The notes beneath the pieces are model-generated. The model was not told the DNA's origin. It was given only the letters and a program-made list of their open reading frames with translations, and searched no databases. Below, piece by piece: positions 37,661-48,421 of a DNA stretch of 64,000 nt. Position 1 is the first letter of the stretch; the number at the start of each line of letters is the position of its first letter. The stretch comes from an uncultured Rhodospirillaceae bacterium. GTDB taxonomy: Bacteria > Pseudomonadota > Alphaproteobacteria > Rhodospirillales > Magnetospirillaceae. The position numbers were made by a program, and so were the translations under genes. The stretch covers positions 57,400 through 121,399 of the forward strand of contig CALABS010000012.1 in the NCBI GenBank assembly GCA_937887565.1, written 5' to 3'.

Positions 37661-38419
37661 TCAGTCGGTCACGCCGCGTTCGGCGCCAAACCGCTTCTTG
37701 ATGTCGGCGACCAGCTTCCTGTTGTCGGCCAGCCAGGCGTCGAACTCGGCCACCAAGTCGGGACGGGACACGCTGGAAAGGTGGTAGCTGTCGCGGGAAT
37801 GGGGCAGGCCGGGGTCGAAGACCAGGGCCCCCGGCATGGCCAGCACGCGGTCGAGGTAGTGGTGGGCCACCGCCACGCTGGCATAGGCGCCGTCGATGCG
37901 CTTGAGCGCCGCCTGCTTGAGCAGCAGCTCCAGCTTCGGGTTCTCGCGCAGGTGAACGGCGCCGTCCTTGACCCGACCCAGCCAGGCGTAGGGCGTGAAA
38001 CCCGACACCGTGCCCAGGACCTGGATCGCCTCGACGCCGGCGCCCACCGCGCCCGGCGGCACCATCACGCCGTCCACATAGGCGATCACCGGCTGGCTGT
38101 AGACCACATGGTGGCCCTGCTTCTGGTCGGCGGCCCAATAGGAATTGTCGGGAAACTTGATGTCGACGCCGCCGCCCAGCAGTTCGGCGAACAGGCGCTT
38201 CACCGGCAGGGCGCGATAGGTGACCTTGTAGCCCCTGGCCTTGGCGAAGGCGTCCAGGATGTCGCGGGCGGCCCCCACGTATTCCTTGTCCATCATCGCG
38301 TAGACCGGATAGTAGTCGAGGTCCTCGACACCGACCACGATCTCCCGCTCGGCCGCCTGCCCGGCCCCACCGAGCAGCAGGACCGCGGCGACCGCGGCAA
38401 CCAATCCCAAACGCTTCAT
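37661..38419 (-). CDS. Periplasmic solute-binding protein (family 3 / amino-acid ABC-type fold)
   Basis: Signal peptide MKRLGLVAAVAAVLLLGGAGQA, then an SBP_bac_3-like pattern (IVVGVEDLDYYPVY...). The upstream part of the track ORF is spurious. Confidence 0.6.
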   Translation of the reverse strand: MKRLGLVAAVAAVLLLGGAGQAAEREIVVGVEDLDYYPVYAMMDKEYVGAARDILDAFAKARGYKVTYRALPVKRLFAELLGGGVDIKFPDNSYWAADQKQGHHVVYSQPVIAYVDGVMVPPGAVGAGVEAIQVLGTVSGFTPYAWLGRVKDGAVHLRENPKLELLLKQAALKRIDGAYASVAVAHHYLDRVLAMPGALVFDPGLPHSRDSYHLSSVSRPDLVAEFDAWLADNRKLVADIKKRFGAERGVTD

Positions 38420-38472
38420 CCGTTTCGGCTCCCCCGAACCCTGAGCACGCGGGACGATACCACCCCCGAAAA

Positions 38473-39057
38473 TCAAATGCACGCGATGCGTTCCACTCGG
38501 CCGGCGGCCAAACGGTAAACGGCATCCTGGGGGCTGTCGGCGGCCAGGGCCTCGGCCGGATCGAGCCTGGCATAAAGCCCGCGCAGCATCTTGCCGGCCA
38601 CCCCGTGGCTGACCACCACCAGCCGTTCGCCGGCCCGGCGCTCGGCCAACCAGGCCGACAGCCGAGCGGTCAGGGCGGCATGGGTCTCGCATCCCGGGCA
38701 GCGGAAATACCAGGCGTCGAGGCCACTGCCGAACAGTTCGGGATGCGCCGCCTGCATCTCGGCGCGCAGCCGGCCCGAGAAGGTGCCGGTGCCCACCTCC
38801 TGCAGCCGTTCGTCCTTTTCCACCGCCGCAAAGGACAGTCCGGCGGTCTCGCACAGGATGGCGGCGGTCTGGACGCAACGGCCCAGCGGGCTGGTCACCA
38901 CCCGCCAGCCGGCATCCACCAGCGGCGCGAGGGTGCGGCCATAGGCCTGGGCCTGGGCGATGCCCTTCAGGGTCAAGGGCGAATCGGCATGCCCTTGCAG
39001 CCGCTTCTCGCGGTTCCAGTGGGTCTCGCCGTGGCGGATGAGGAGGATGGTGGGCAT
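38473..39057 (-). CDS. Histidine phosphatase (phosphoglycerate-mutase-like) family protein
   Basis: [29 protein letters not shown] carries the RHG catalytic motif, and ...VVVSHG is also present. The ATG shares one base with the pheT stop. The 929-aa track ORF is mostly a spurious extension. Confidence 0.8.
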   Translation of the reverse strand: MPTILLIRHGETHWNREKRLQGHADSPLTLKGIAQAQAYGRTLAPLVDAGWRVVTSPLGRCVQTAAILCETAGLSFAAVEKDERLQEVGTGTFSGRLRAEMQAAHPELFGSGLDAWYFRCPGCETHAALTARLSAWLAERRAGERLVVVSHGVAGKMLRGLYARLDPAEALAADSPQDAVYRLAAGRVERIACI

Positions 39058-41453
39058 CACCCGCGCAGCACGCCGCCGGTGGCCTTGACCACTGCGTCGA
39101 CGATGCGCTTGGCCACCGCCTCGATCTCGTCGTCGGTCAGGGTCTTCTCGACCGGCTGCAGCGTCACCGAGACGGCGATGGACTTCTTGCCCTCGCCCAC
39201 GTTGGGCCCCTCGTAGAGGTCGAAGACCGCCACGTCGGTCACCAGCGCCTTGTCGGCATTCCGCGCCGCCCGCGCCACGGCGTCGGCGGGAATGCCGGCA
39301 TCCAGCACGAAGGCGAAGTCGCGGTCCAGCGGCTGGAACGGCGACAGCTTGAGCAGGGGCCTGGCCTTGGTCGCCTTGGCCTTGGGCTGCGGGATGGCGT
39401 CGAGGAACACCTCGAAGCCGGCCACCGGCCCCTTGACGTCCATCTTCGCCAGAACGCCGGGATGCAGCTCGCCGAAAAAGCCGACCGGCTTGTTGCCGAG
39501 CTTCAACACGCCCGACCGGCCCGGGTGGTACCAGGCCGGCGCCTCGGCGGCGACCTGGAACGAGTCGGGGTTGCCGCCCACGGCGGCGATCACCGCCAGG
39601 GCGTCGGCCTTGGCGTCGAACACGTCCACCGGCCGGCTCTTCTCGGACCAGTGGCGGGGCACCGCGCGCCCCGGGCGGATGCCGGCGGCGACGGCCCGCT
39701 GCTGGCCGGGCTCGGGGCCGTCGAACTGCGGCCCGATCTCGAACAGGCCGGCGTCCTTCATGCCGCGATCGGCATTGCGGCCCGAAGCGGCGACCAGGTT
39801 GGGCAGCACGCTGGGGCGCATGCAGTCGAGGTCGGCCGAGATCGGGTTGGCCAGATGCATCTCGGGGGCGCCGCCGCCGAACAGCCTGGCGGTGGCCGAC
39901 GGCAGGAACGACCAGGTCACCGTCTCGACCAGCCCCCGCCCGGCCAGGGCACGCCGGGTCCATCCGGCCCGCCGCTGGGCCGGGGTCAGCACCGGCTTGG
40001 GCATGCTGGGCCGGGGCAGCGGCACCATCGGCAGCTCGTCGTAGCCGTTGATGCGGATGACCTCTTCCACCAGATCGTGCTCGGCGGTGATGTCGCCGCG
40101 CCACGACGGCGGCACCACCAGCAGGGCGTCGCCGTGCTCCGAGACCTCGCAGCCCAGGGCGCGCAGGATATCCTCCTGCTTCTGCCGCGACACGTCCACG
40201 CCGCCCAGTTCCACCACCCGCTCGGGCCGCAGGACGATGGACAGGCGCCAATCCGGCTCGTCGCCGGCGACCACCAGTTCCGAGGCCTCGCCGCCGCACA
40301 GGTCGAGGATCATGCGGGTGGCCAGTTCGGCCGCGTCGCGCAGGAACGCGGGGTCGACGCCGCGCTCGAAGCGGAAGCGGGCATCCGACAGGATGTCGAG
40401 GCGGCGGCCGGTGGCGGCGGTGCGAATGGGGTCGAAATAGGCCACTTCCAGGAACACGTCGGTGGTGTCGCCGGTGCAGCCGGAATGTTCGCCGCCCATG
40501 ACGCCGGCGATGCCCTCGGGGCCGGCCTCGTCGGCGATCACCGTCATGGTGGCGTCGAGGGTGTATTCCTTGCCGTTGAGCGCCAGCAGGGTCTCGCCGT
40601 CGCAGGCCAGGCGGGCGCGGATGTCGCCCGTGACCTTGGCGGCGTCGAACACGTGCAGCGGCCGGGCGCGGTCGTAGGTGACGTAATTGGTGATGTCCAC
40701 CAGCGCCGAGATCGGCCTGAGCCCGATGGCCTCGAGCCGCGCCTTCAGCCAGGCGGGACTGTCGCCGTTCCTGACTCCCCGGATCATCCGGCCGACGAAA
40801 TAGGGGCAGGCCGGGCGGGTCTCGGGGGTGAAGTCCAGCCGCACGCCGATGGGGCTCTTGAAGGCGCCGGGCACCGGTTCGACGGGCGCCGGCCGGAGCG
40901 CCCCCAACCCCGAGGCGGCGAGGTCGCGGGCGACGCCGCGCACGCCCAGGCAGTCGGCGCGGTTGGGGGTGATGGAAATGTCGATCACCGGATCGAAGCT
41001 CATCACCTCGACCAGAGGCGCGCCCACCGGCGAGTCGGAGGGCAACTCGGCGATGCCCTCGTGGTCCTCGCCCAATTTGAGTTCGCGCCACGAGCACATC
41101 ATGCCCTGGCTTTCGACGCCGCGCACCTTGCCGGCCTTCAGCCTGTCGCCGGTGGCGGGGATGTAGGTGCCGGGCTGAGCCAGGATGACCTTGAGGCCGG
41201 CCCGCGCGTTGGGGGCGCCGCACACCACCTGCAGCACGTCCTTGCCGTTGGACACCTTGCACAGCTTCAGCTTGTCGGCGTCGGGGTGTTTGTCGGCCTC
41301 CAGAACATGGCCGACCACGAAGCCGCCCAGATCGCGGGCGGGATCGTGGATGTCTTCGACCTCGAGGCCGAGCATGGTCAGCCGCTCGCCGATCTCGTCC
41401 AGCGAGGCGTCGGTGTCCAGATGGTCCTTGAGCCAGGAGAGGGTGAATTTCAT
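39057..41453 (-). CDS. pheT: Phenylalanine-tRNA ligase beta subunit
   Basis: 798 aa from [14 protein letters not shown]. tRNA-binding domain [24 protein letters not shown], plus B3/4, B5 and FDX-ACB regions. The ATG overlaps the pheS stop. Confidence 0.92.
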   Translation of the reverse strand: MKFTLSWLKDHLDTDASLDEIGERLTMLGLEVEDIHDPARDLGGFVVGHVLEADKHPDADKLKLCKVSNGKDVLQVVCGAPNARAGLKVILAQPGTYIPATGDRLKAGKVRGVESQGMMCSWRELKLGEDHEGIAELPSDSPVGAPLVEVMSFDPVIDISITPNRADCLGVRGVARDLAASGLGALRPAPVEPVPGAFKSPIGVRLDFTPETRPACPYFVGRMIRGVRNGDSPAWLKARLEAIGLRPISALVDITNYVTYDRARPLHVFDAAKVTGDIRARLACDGETLLALNGKEYTLDATMTVIADEAGPEGIAGVMGGEHSGCTGDTTDVFLEVAYFDPIRTAATGRRLDILSDARFRFERGVDPAFLRDAAELATRMILDLCGGEASELVVAGDEPDWRLSIVLRPERVVELGGVDVSRQKQEDILRALGCEVSEHGDALLVVPPSWRGDITAEHDLVEEVIRINGYDELPMVPLPRPSMPKPVLTPAQRRAGWTRRALAGRGLVETVTWSFLPSATARLFGGGAPEMHLANPISADLDCMRPSVLPNLVAASGRNADRGMKDAGLFEIGPQFDGPEPGQQRAVAAGIRPGRAVPRHWSEKSRPVDVFDAKADALAVIAAVGGNPDSFQVAAEAPAWYHPGRSGVLKLGNKPVGFFGELHPGVLAKMDVKGPVAGFEVFLDAIPQPKAKATKARPLLKLSPFQPLDRDFAFVLDAGIPADAVARAARNADKALVTDVAVFDLYEGPNVGEGKKSIAVSVTLQPVEKTLTDDEIEAVAKRIVDAVVKATGGVLRG

Positions 41454-42526
41454 CGGGTCAGCCCTCCGGACAGGGTCGGCACGTCGAGCGGCAGGAAACC
41501 GTAGTGCCTGAGCCAGCGGATGTCGGAATCGAAGAAGGTGCGCAAGTCGGGGATGCCGTATTTCAGCATCGCCATGCGCTCGACGCCCATGCCGAAGGCG
41601 AAGCCCTGGTACTCCTCGGGGTCCAGGCCGCAGGCCTTCAGCACGTTGGGATGCACCATGCCCGAGCCGCCGATCTCGAGCCAGCCCTTGCCGGGGCCGA
41701 TCTTCAGCTCGCCGCCCTCGCGCGAGCAGCCGATGTCGATCTCGGCCGAGGGCTCGGTGAAGGGGAAGAAGCTGGGCCGGAACCGCACCGGGACGTCGTC
41801 GACCTCGAAGAAGGTGCGCACGAATTCGATCAGCGTGCCCTTGAGATGGCCCATATGGGTCGAGCGGTCGATGACCAGCCCCTCGATCTGGTGGAACATC
41901 GGCGTGTGGGTCATGTCGCTGTCGCAGCGATAGGTGCGGCCCGGCGCGGTGATGCGGATGGGCGGCTTGTTGGCCAGCATGGTGCGGATCTGCACCGGGC
42001 TGGTGTGGGTGCGCAACAGGTTGCGGCCGCCGTCCGCCTTCTCGCCGAAATAGAAGGTGTCGTGCATCTGCCGGGCCGGGTGCTCGGCCGGGATGTTGAG
42101 GGCGGTGAAATTGTGGAAGTCGTCCTCTATGTCCGGGCCCTCGGCCACCTCGAAGCCCATCTGGGCGAAGATGGCGGCCATTTCCTCCATCACCTGGCTG
42201 ATGGGATGGATGCGCCCCATGGCCTCGGGGCGCGGCGGCAGGGTGACGTCGACGCGCTCGCGGGCCAGGCGCTCGTCCAGCGCGGCGGCCTCGAGGTCGA
42301 CCTTGCGGGCGGCGATGGCGGCGGCGACCTCGTCCTTGACCGCGTTCAGGCGCGCCCCGGCGGCCTTGCGCTCCTCGGGGTCCATCTTGCCCAAGGTCGC
42401 CATCAGGCCCGAGACCGAGCCCTTCTTGCCCAGGGCGGCGACGCGGGCCGCTTCCAGCTGGTCGAGGCCGGCGGCCTCGGCGACGGCCGTCATGGCGGCG
42501 GCGCGGATCTTCTCGAGTTCGTCCAT
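41450..42526 (-). CDS. pheS: Phenylalanine-tRNA ligase alpha subunit
   Basis: From [11 protein letters not shown]. Class II motifs [44 protein letters not shown] and [14 protein letters not shown]. Confidence 0.92.
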   Translation of the reverse strand: MDELEKIRAAAMTAVAEAAGLDQLEAARVAALGKKGSVSGLMATLGKMDPEERKAAGARLNAVKDEVAAAIAARKVDLEAAALDERLARERVDVTLPPRPEAMGRIHPISQVMEEMAAIFAQMGFEVAEGPDIEDDFHNFTALNIPAEHPARQMHDTFYFGEKADGGRNLLRTHTSPVQIRTMLANKPPIRITAPGRTYRCDSDMTHTPMFHQIEGLVIDRSTHMGHLKGTLIEFVRTFFEVDDVPVRFRPSFFPFTEPSAEIDIGCSREGGELKIGPGKGWLEIGGSGMVHPNVLKACGLDPEEYQGFAFGMGVERMAMLKYGIPDLRTFFDSDIRWLRHYGFLPLDVPTLSGGLTR

Positions 42527-42602
42527 CTGATTCCCCATCAAGACGCGAAAGGGGCCGCCCAATACGGGCAGCCCCTCCGTGAAAACCGGCTCGGATCAAG
42601 CC

Positions 42603-42959
42603 TTACTGGAGGGCCGCCTGGGCCTTCTGAACCAGCGACTTGAAGGCCTCGGGCTCGCGCGCGGCGATGTCGGACAGGACCTTGCGGTCCAGCGCGACCC
42701 CGGCCTTCTTCAGGCCGTCCATGAAGCGCGAATAGGTCAGGCCGTTGGCGCGGGCGCCGGCGTTGATGCGCTGGATCCACAGGGCGCGGAAGTTGCGCTT
42801 CTTGGCCCGGCGGTCGCGATACGCATAGCGCAGCGCCTTCTCGACCTTCTCGATGGCGACGCGGAAGCAGGTGCTGGCGCGGCCGCGATAGCCCTTGGCG
42901 AGCTTGAGAATCTTCTTGTGACGGGCGTGGGTGGTCACGCCCCGCTTGACACGCGACAT
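42603..42959 (-). CDS. rplT: 50S ribosomal protein L20
   Basis: [27 protein letters not shown]... is the canonical L20 N-terminus. Confidence 0.95.
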   Translation of the reverse strand: MSRVKRGVTTHARHKKILKLAKGYRGRASTCFRVAIEKVEKALRYAYRDRRAKKRNFRALWIQRINAGARANGLTYSRFMDGLKKAGVALDRKVLSDIAAREPEAFKSLVQKAQAALQ

Positions 42960-42962
42960 GGA

Positions 42963-43166
42963 TCAGCCTCCGTTCGGAAGATAGTACTGCTTGACCTTCT
43001 CACCATCGGCCTTGAACAGGACGAAGGTGCCACGGGCCTGACGCTTCATCTTCTGCGGCTTGGCGGTCAGGCAGTGGCGCTTGTTGGCCACGTTCCCCTT
43101 GACCTTGCCGGAGGCGGTGAGCTTGAACCGCTTCTTGGCGGCGCTCTTGGTCTTCATCTTGGGCAT
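42963..43166 (-). CDS. rpmI: 50S ribosomal protein L35
   Basis: [23 protein letters not shown]... is the canonical L35. It lies 3 nt upstream of rplT. Confidence 0.95.
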   Translation of the reverse strand: MPKMKTKSAAKKRFKLTASGKVKGNVANKRHCLTAKPQKMKRQARGTFVLFKADGEKVKQYYLPNGG

Positions 43167-43365
43167 TTTTCGCTTTCCTTAGTCGAAACGTTAGCGATTC
43201 GGAACGGCCGGGCATGCCCTCACAGGCCCGGTCCATTCGAGGAAGCGACGCTTATAGCCCCACTCGCCAGCGAATGCAACACCGCGCCCCATCTCGACGA
43301 TGGCGTTCGGCCGGCAACTCCATTAGCCTTGGCACGGGGACGCATCCAGGGGGAGCATCGGTCGC

Positions 43366-45069
43366 ATGAGCGGCCCGGACGATCTTGACCAATCGCGCGA
43401 GGTCTATGTGGCCTTCGCCTTCGCCGGCGGCGACCTGCTGGTGGAGGTGGCCGACGACGGCCACGTGGTGTTCGCCGTCGGCGCCGCCATGGCGCTGGTG
43501 TCGCGGCCGGCCCGCATGCTGGCCGGCAAGCGCTTCGCCAGCCTGTTCCAGCCGCAGGACCGCCCCCGCATCCACCGCGCCTTCAGCCGCATGCGCAACG
43601 GCCAGCGGGTCCGTCACCTGCTGCTCTACGCGCTCCGGGGCGAGCATGGGCGGGTGCCGGTGTCGCTGTCAGGCTACCGCCACCCCGATCGCGGCGGCCG
43701 CTTCCTGCTGACGCTGGCCCACGGCGCCGCCCTGGTCCCCGCCGAGGTCCGCCGCGCGCCTCGCACCGGCCTGCTGGAGGCCGAGCCGTTCGAGCACCTG
43801 GCCGAGCGCATGATGACGGAAGGCGCCGGCGCCGACGACGGCGCCTACCGCCTGACCATGGTCGAGCTGCCCGGCCTCGACACCTTCGGCACCGAGGCCG
43901 GCCCCGAGGCCATGGAAGACTTCATGACCGGACTGGGCAACACCCTGCGCGACGCTTCGGTGGGCGGCGATTCGGCGACCCAGCTGGCCGACAACCGCTA
44001 CGGCGTCATCCATTCCGCCGATCTCGCCGCCACCTCCATCGAGGAGGCCATCACCAACCTCGCCCGCGCCATCGCGCCGGGGGTCGACCTGGCCACCCGC
44101 ACCGCCACCGTGGTGCTGGATTCCCACGAGCTGACCGGCGAGGACGCCGTCAACGCCCTGGCCTACACCCTCAACCGTTTCGCCCGCGAGGGCCGCGCCT
44201 CGTCGTCGCCGTCGCTGGGGGCGGCGGTCGAGGCGTCGCTGACCGCCACGGTGGACCGCATGCGCTCGGTGAAAGGGCTGATCGAACGCGGCGACTTCGA
44301 CCTCGCCTTCCAGCCGGTGGTCGACCTGTGGACCTCCAACGTCCACCACTTCGAATGCCTGGTCCGCTTCGCCGGCAGCGACGAATCGCCCTATCAAACG
44401 GTGTCCTTCGCCGAGGATGTCGGCATGGTGGGCGAACTCGACCGCGCCATCTGCGAACGCGCCATCGCCTTCATCCGCTCGCCGGCGGCGGCGGTGGACG
44501 GGCTGCGGTTCGCGGTCAACCTGTCGGGCCGGTCGCTGAGCCACCCGCCCACTGCCAAGAAGCTGCTGGACACCATTTCCGAAGCCTGGGACCTGAAGCG
44601 GCGCCTGCTGTTCGAGATCACCGAATCGGCCGAGATCACCGACCTCTCCTTCGCCAACGCCATCGTCCAGGAAATCCGCGGCCAGGGGCATCCGGTGTGC
44701 CTAGACGACTTCGGGGCCGGCTCGGCCGCCTTCCACTATTTGCGGGCGCTGAAGGTGGACTACGTCAAGATCGACGGCTCCTACGTCAAGGAATGCGCCT
44801 GCTCGGGCGAGAGCATGCCCTATCTGCGCGCCATCACCCAGCTGTGCGGCGAACTCAAGATCGGCACCATCGCCGAGTTCGTCGAGGACGAGGAGACCGC
44901 CTCGCTGCTGCGGGTCCTCAAGGTCCGCTACGGGCAGGGCTGGCATTTCGGCCGCCCGGTCAAGGTGCACCCCATGACCGCGCCCAGGAACGCCTGGACC
45001 ACGCCCACCATGGGCTGGCGCAAGGGGCTGCTGGTCTGCTCGGCCAGGCTCGGGCAGGCGGCGCAATAG
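43366..45069 (+). CDS. Signalling protein: N-terminal PAS-like, degenerate GGDEF-like and EAL (c-di-GMP phosphodiesterase) domains
   Basis: EAL-domain motifs FECLVRF, FEITESAEI, DDFGAGSAAFHYLRALKVDYVKIDGSYV, IAEFVEDEETASLL, YGQGWHFGRP. The central region has no GGDEF/GGEEF motif (NRYGVIHSAD). Confidence 0.8.
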   Translation: MSGPDDLDQSREVYVAFAFAGGDLLVEVADDGHVVFAVGAAMALVSRPARMLAGKRFASLFQPQDRPRIHRAFSRMRNGQRVRHLLLYALRGEHGRVPVSLSGYRHPDRGGRFLLTLAHGAALVPAEVRRAPRTGLLEAEPFEHLAERMMTEGAGADDGAYRLTMVELPGLDTFGTEAGPEAMEDFMTGLGNTLRDASVGGDSATQLADNRYGVIHSADLAATSIEEAITNLARAIAPGVDLATRTATVVLDSHELTGEDAVNALAYTLNRFAREGRASSSPSLGAAVEASLTATVDRMRSVKGLIERGDFDLAFQPVVDLWTSNVHHFECLVRFAGSDESPYQTVSFAEDVGMVGELDRAICERAIAFIRSPAAAVDGLRFAVNLSGRSLSHPPTAKKLLDTISEAWDLKRRLLFEITESAEITDLSFANAIVQEIRGQGHPVCLDDFGAGSAAFHYLRALKVDYVKIDGSYVKECACSGESMPYLRAITQLCGELKIGTIAEFVEDEETASLLRVLKVRYGQGWHFGRPVKVHPMTAPRNAWTTPTMGWRKGLLVCSARLGQAAQ

Positions 45070-45116
45070 CGGCCAACTTGCCTTTCACCAAGGAGTCGGG
45101 CCATCCTTCGTAAGGG

Positions 45117-46817
45117 GTGGTGTTGGGAAGGTTCGTCCGCGTGTCGACGCAAGCGCTCAAGAGTTCCAGCGATCTTTATGTCTCCCTGGCCTTCGCCGCC
45201 GCCGACGTGCTGTTCGAGCTCAGCGCCGACGGCCGCGTCGAATTCGCCGTCGGCGCCGCCATGTCGCTTCTGGGCCGCCCCGCCCGTGCCCTGACGGGGG
45301 CCAGCCTCGCCGAGCTGGTCTGCCCCAGCGACCACGACCGCCTGGGCCGCGCCCTGGCCGCCATGGGCCGCTGCGAGCGGGTCCGCAACGTCATCCTGAC
45401 GGTGGCGCGGCCGGACGGCACCACCACCCAGGTGTCGCTGTCGGGATACGGCCACCCCGACCGCAAGGGCGCGCTGATGACGGTGATGGCCCATGCCAGC
45501 GGCTTCCTGCCGGCGGAACCACGCCGCGACACGCCGAGCGGCCTGCTGGGCCGCGAGGAATTCGCCGCCAAGGCGCGAACGCTGCTGCACGATCCCGCCT
45601 CCGACGACGACCGCTACCGGCTGACCCTGCTGGAACTGCCCGAGATGGACGCCCTGCGCCAGCGGGCCGGGGCCGAGGCCGCCGAGGACTTCGTCACCCG
45701 CCTGGGCGAGCGCCTGCGGGCGCTGTCGGTGGGCGGCGACGCCGCCGGCCAGTTGTCGGACAGCAAGTACGGCGTCATCCATGCCGGCACCGTCGATGAG
45801 ACGCTGATCGAGAGCGTGGTGGCCGAGGCGGCCGAGGGCCGCGACGATCTGGCCGTCACCCCCCGGGCGGCGACGCTGGTCCTGGACGTCACCGACATCC
45901 CCGCCGCCGACGCCGCCCGCGCCCTGGCCTACACGCTCAACAGCTTCGCCGACGGCGATGAGGCCGGCCTGGACATCGATTCGCTGCGGGCCCAGGTCCA
46001 GCCCCGGCTGTCGGCAACCGTCAAGGAAATGAAGGCGGTCCGGCACGTCATCGACACCGGCGAGTTCGAGATCGTCTTCCAGCCCATCGTCGACCTGTGG
46101 AACAACGTGGTCCACCATTTCGAGGTGCTGGTGCGGTTCGGCGACGGCACCCGCTCGCCCTACGACACCGTCACCTTCGCCGAGGACACCGGCCTGGTCG
46201 GCGATCTCGACATGGCGGTGCTGGACCGCACCGTGCGGATCATCCGCTCCCATGCCGGCTCCAGCCCCGCCCTGCGCTTCGCCGTCAATCTGTCCGGCCG
46301 CTCGCTGTCCGACGGCCGGGTGATCGACCGTCTGCGCGCCCGCGTCCACGACGCCCGCGATCTCTCCAACCGGCTGCTGTTCGAGATCACCGAAAGCTCG
46401 GCCATCTCCGACCTGGCCTCGGTCAACGCCGTGGTCCAGGACATCCGCCGCCAGGGTTTCCATGTGTGCCTCGACGATTTCGGCGCCGGCCATGCCGCCT
46501 TCCACTATTTGCGGGCCCTGAAGGTCGACCACGTCAAGATCGACGGCTCGTATGTCCGCGACTGCATGAAGAGCAAGGAAAACGTCGCCTTCATCAAGGC
46601 GATGGTCAATCTCTGCGCCGAGCTGGGCATCACCACCATCGCCGAATATGTCGAGGACGCCGCCACCGCCGCCCTGCTGAAGGTGCTGAAGGTCCGCTAC
46701 GGCCAGGGATGGCTGTTCGGCAAGCCCATGGCGGTGCCGGGCGACGCCTCGGACCCCCGGGCCTGGACCAGCCCGGCCACCGAGTGGCGCCGGGGCCTGC
46801 TCCATTTCAAGGGGTGA
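45117..46817 (+). CDS. Paralogous PAS-like / degenerate GGDEF-like / EAL protein
   Basis: Colinear with the previous gene: FEVLVRF, FEITESSAI, DDFGAGHAAFHYLRALKVDHVKIDGSYV, IAEYVEDAATAALL, YGQGWLFGKP. Start uncertain (45117 or GTG 45141). Confidence 0.8.
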   Translation: MVLGRFVRVSTQALKSSSDLYVSLAFAAADVLFELSADGRVEFAVGAAMSLLGRPARALTGASLAELVCPSDHDRLGRALAAMGRCERVRNVILTVARPDGTTTQVSLSGYGHPDRKGALMTVMAHASGFLPAEPRRDTPSGLLGREEFAAKARTLLHDPASDDDRYRLTLLELPEMDALRQRAGAEAAEDFVTRLGERLRALSVGGDAAGQLSDSKYGVIHAGTVDETLIESVVAEAAEGRDDLAVTPRAATLVLDVTDIPAADAARALAYTLNSFADGDEAGLDIDSLRAQVQPRLSATVKEMKAVRHVIDTGEFEIVFQPIVDLWNNVVHHFEVLVRFGDGTRSPYDTVTFAEDTGLVGDLDMAVLDRTVRIIRSHAGSSPALRFAVNLSGRSLSDGRVIDRLRARVHDARDLSNRLLFEITESSAISDLASVNAVVQDIRRQGFHVCLDDFGAGHAAFHYLRALKVDHVKIDGSYVRDCMKSKENVAFIKAMVNLCAELGITTIAEYVEDAATAALLKVLKVRYGQGWLFGKPMAVPGDASDPRAWTSPATEWRRGLLHFKG

Positions 46818-46851
46818 AGACAGCCGGCGCCGTTTCGGCTATCCATGCGGC

Positions 46852-47754
46852 ATGAAACTGCACGGCGACATACCGGTCGGGAACTGGATCGACCGCTGGG
46901 TTCCGGCCCCGGCGCGGCCCTATCTGCGCCTGATGCGCCTGGACCGGCCCATCGGCACCTGGCTCCTGCTGTTCCCCTGCTGGTGGAGCGCCGCCCTGGC
47001 CGCCGACGGCTGGCCCGATCCGTGGCTGATGGCGCTGTTCGCCGTTGGCGCGGTGGTGATGCGCGGCGCCGGCTGCACCGTCAACGACATCGCCGACCAC
47101 AAGTTCGACGCCCAGGTCGCCCGCACCAGGGGCCGGCCCATCCCGTCGGGCGCGGTCAGCGTCGGGCAGGCGGCCGCCTTCCTGGCGTTCCAGTTGGCGG
47201 TCGGGCTGCTGGTGCTGGTCCAGCTCGACACCTTCGCCATCGCGGTCGGCGCCGCCTCGCTGCTGCTGGTCTTCCCTTATCCGTTCATGAAGCGCATCAC
47301 CTATTGGCCTCAGGCCTGGCTGGGGCTGACCTTCAACTGGGGAGCGCTGGTGGGCTGGGCGGCGGTGCGCGGCGAGCTGGGCGCGGCGCCCCTGCTACTC
47401 TATGCCGCCGGCCTGTTCTGGACGCTGGGCTACGACACCATCTACGCCCACCAGGACAAGGAGGACGACGCCCTGGTCGGCGTCAAGTCCACCGCCCTGC
47501 GCCTGGGCGACGCCACCCCGGCCTGGCTGGTCGGGTTCTACGCCGCCGCGCTGGCCTTGATCGCCGCCGCCGGCTGGACGGGCGGCCTGTCGTGGCCGTT
47601 CTGGCCGCTGCTGGCGGTTTCCGGCCTGCACCTGGCGTGGCAGGCGCGGAGGGTGGACATCCACGATTCCGCCGACTGCCTGTCCAAGTTCAAGTCCAAC
47701 CAGGCCTTCGGCTGGCTGCTGCTGGCGGCGATCGTCGCCGGGCGGGTGATCTGA
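46852..47754 (+). CDS. ubiA: 4-hydroxybenzoate polyprenyltransferase
   Basis: 300 aa, multi-TM, with the UbiA motif GCTVNDIADHKFDAQVARTRGRPIPSG and a second Asp-rich YAHQDKEDD. Confidence 0.88.
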   Translation: MKLHGDIPVGNWIDRWVPAPARPYLRLMRLDRPIGTWLLLFPCWWSAALAADGWPDPWLMALFAVGAVVMRGAGCTVNDIADHKFDAQVARTRGRPIPSGAVSVGQAAAFLAFQLAVGLLVLVQLDTFAIAVGAASLLLVFPYPFMKRITYWPQAWLGLTFNWGALVGWAAVRGELGAAPLLLYAAGLFWTLGYDTIYAHQDKEDDALVGVKSTALRLGDATPAWLVGFYAAALALIAAAGWTGGLSWPFWPLLAVSGLHLAWQARRVDIHDSADCLSKFKSNQAFGWLLLAAIVAGRVI

Positions 47755-48404
47755 TGGGCGCCGCCGACCCCAAGGCCTTCATCCGCGAGAACACCGAACT
47801 GGCGTCGCCGCCGGCTTGCCCCGAGATCGTGCTGTGGACCGCCACCGAGGTGACGCCCCTGTGGGAGGCCACCGAGGCGGCGCTGCTTCGGGTCAACCTG
47901 CCGCCGCCCTACTGGGCCTTCTGCTGGGCCGGCGGCCAGGCGCTGACCCGCTACGTGCTGGACAATCCCGGCCTGGTGGAGGGCAAGCGGGTGCTGGACT
48001 TCGCCGCCGGCTCGGGGGCGACGGCCATCGCCGCCGCCCTTCGCGGCGCCGCCCGCGTCGAGGCCGCCGACATCGACCGCATCGCCTGCGCCGCCATCGC
48101 GCTGAACGCCGAGGCCAACGGCGTCGCCGTCGAGGTGCTGGCCGAGGACGTGGTCGGCGGCCCCTGCCGCTGGGACGTGGTGGTGGCCGGCGACGTCTGC
48201 TACGAGGCGCCCATGACCGCCCATATCTGGCCGTGGCTGGTGTCCCTGGCCGCCCAGGGCGCCGTCGTGATCATGGCCGATCCCGGCCGCGCCTACCTGC
48301 CCAGGCACGGCCTGCTGGAGGTGGCGCGCGCCACCGTGGCCACCAGCCTGGAACTGGAGGATCGCACCCGGCGCGAGGTGGTCGTATATAAGATCGTGGG
48401 GTGA
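47754..48404 (+). CDS. Class I SAM-dependent methyltransferase (small, protein-lysine/L11 MTase-like)
   Basis: The ATG overlaps the ubiA TGA. SAM motif I is GKRVLDFAAGSGATAIAAALRGA, and motif post-I is VEAADID. Confidence 0.65.
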   Translation: MGAADPKAFIRENTELASPPACPEIVLWTATEVTPLWEATEAALLRVNLPPPYWAFCWAGGQALTRYVLDNPGLVEGKRVLDFAAGSGATAIAAALRGAARVEAADIDRIACAAIALNAEANGVAVEVLAEDVVGGPCRWDVVVAGDVCYEAPMTAHIWPWLVSLAAQGAVVIMADPGRAYLPRHGLLEVARATVATSLELEDRTRREVVVYKIVG

Positions 48405-48421
48405 GGGTGAAGGAGACGGCC

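Noticed and set aside
38473-42599. 929-aa and 1180-aa track ORFs extending upstream of the histidine phosphatase and pheT genes
   Set aside because: Only the C-terminal 194 aa (from [14 protein letters not shown]) and 798 aa (from [12 protein letters not shown]) match the known families. The N-terminal extensions overlap pheT and pheS in other frames and are Arg/Gly/Pro-rich artefacts.
43669-46805. Minus-strand ORFs 43669-44691 and 44928-46805
   Set aside because: They are antisense to the two EAL-domain genes, and their translations are low-complexity with no motifs.
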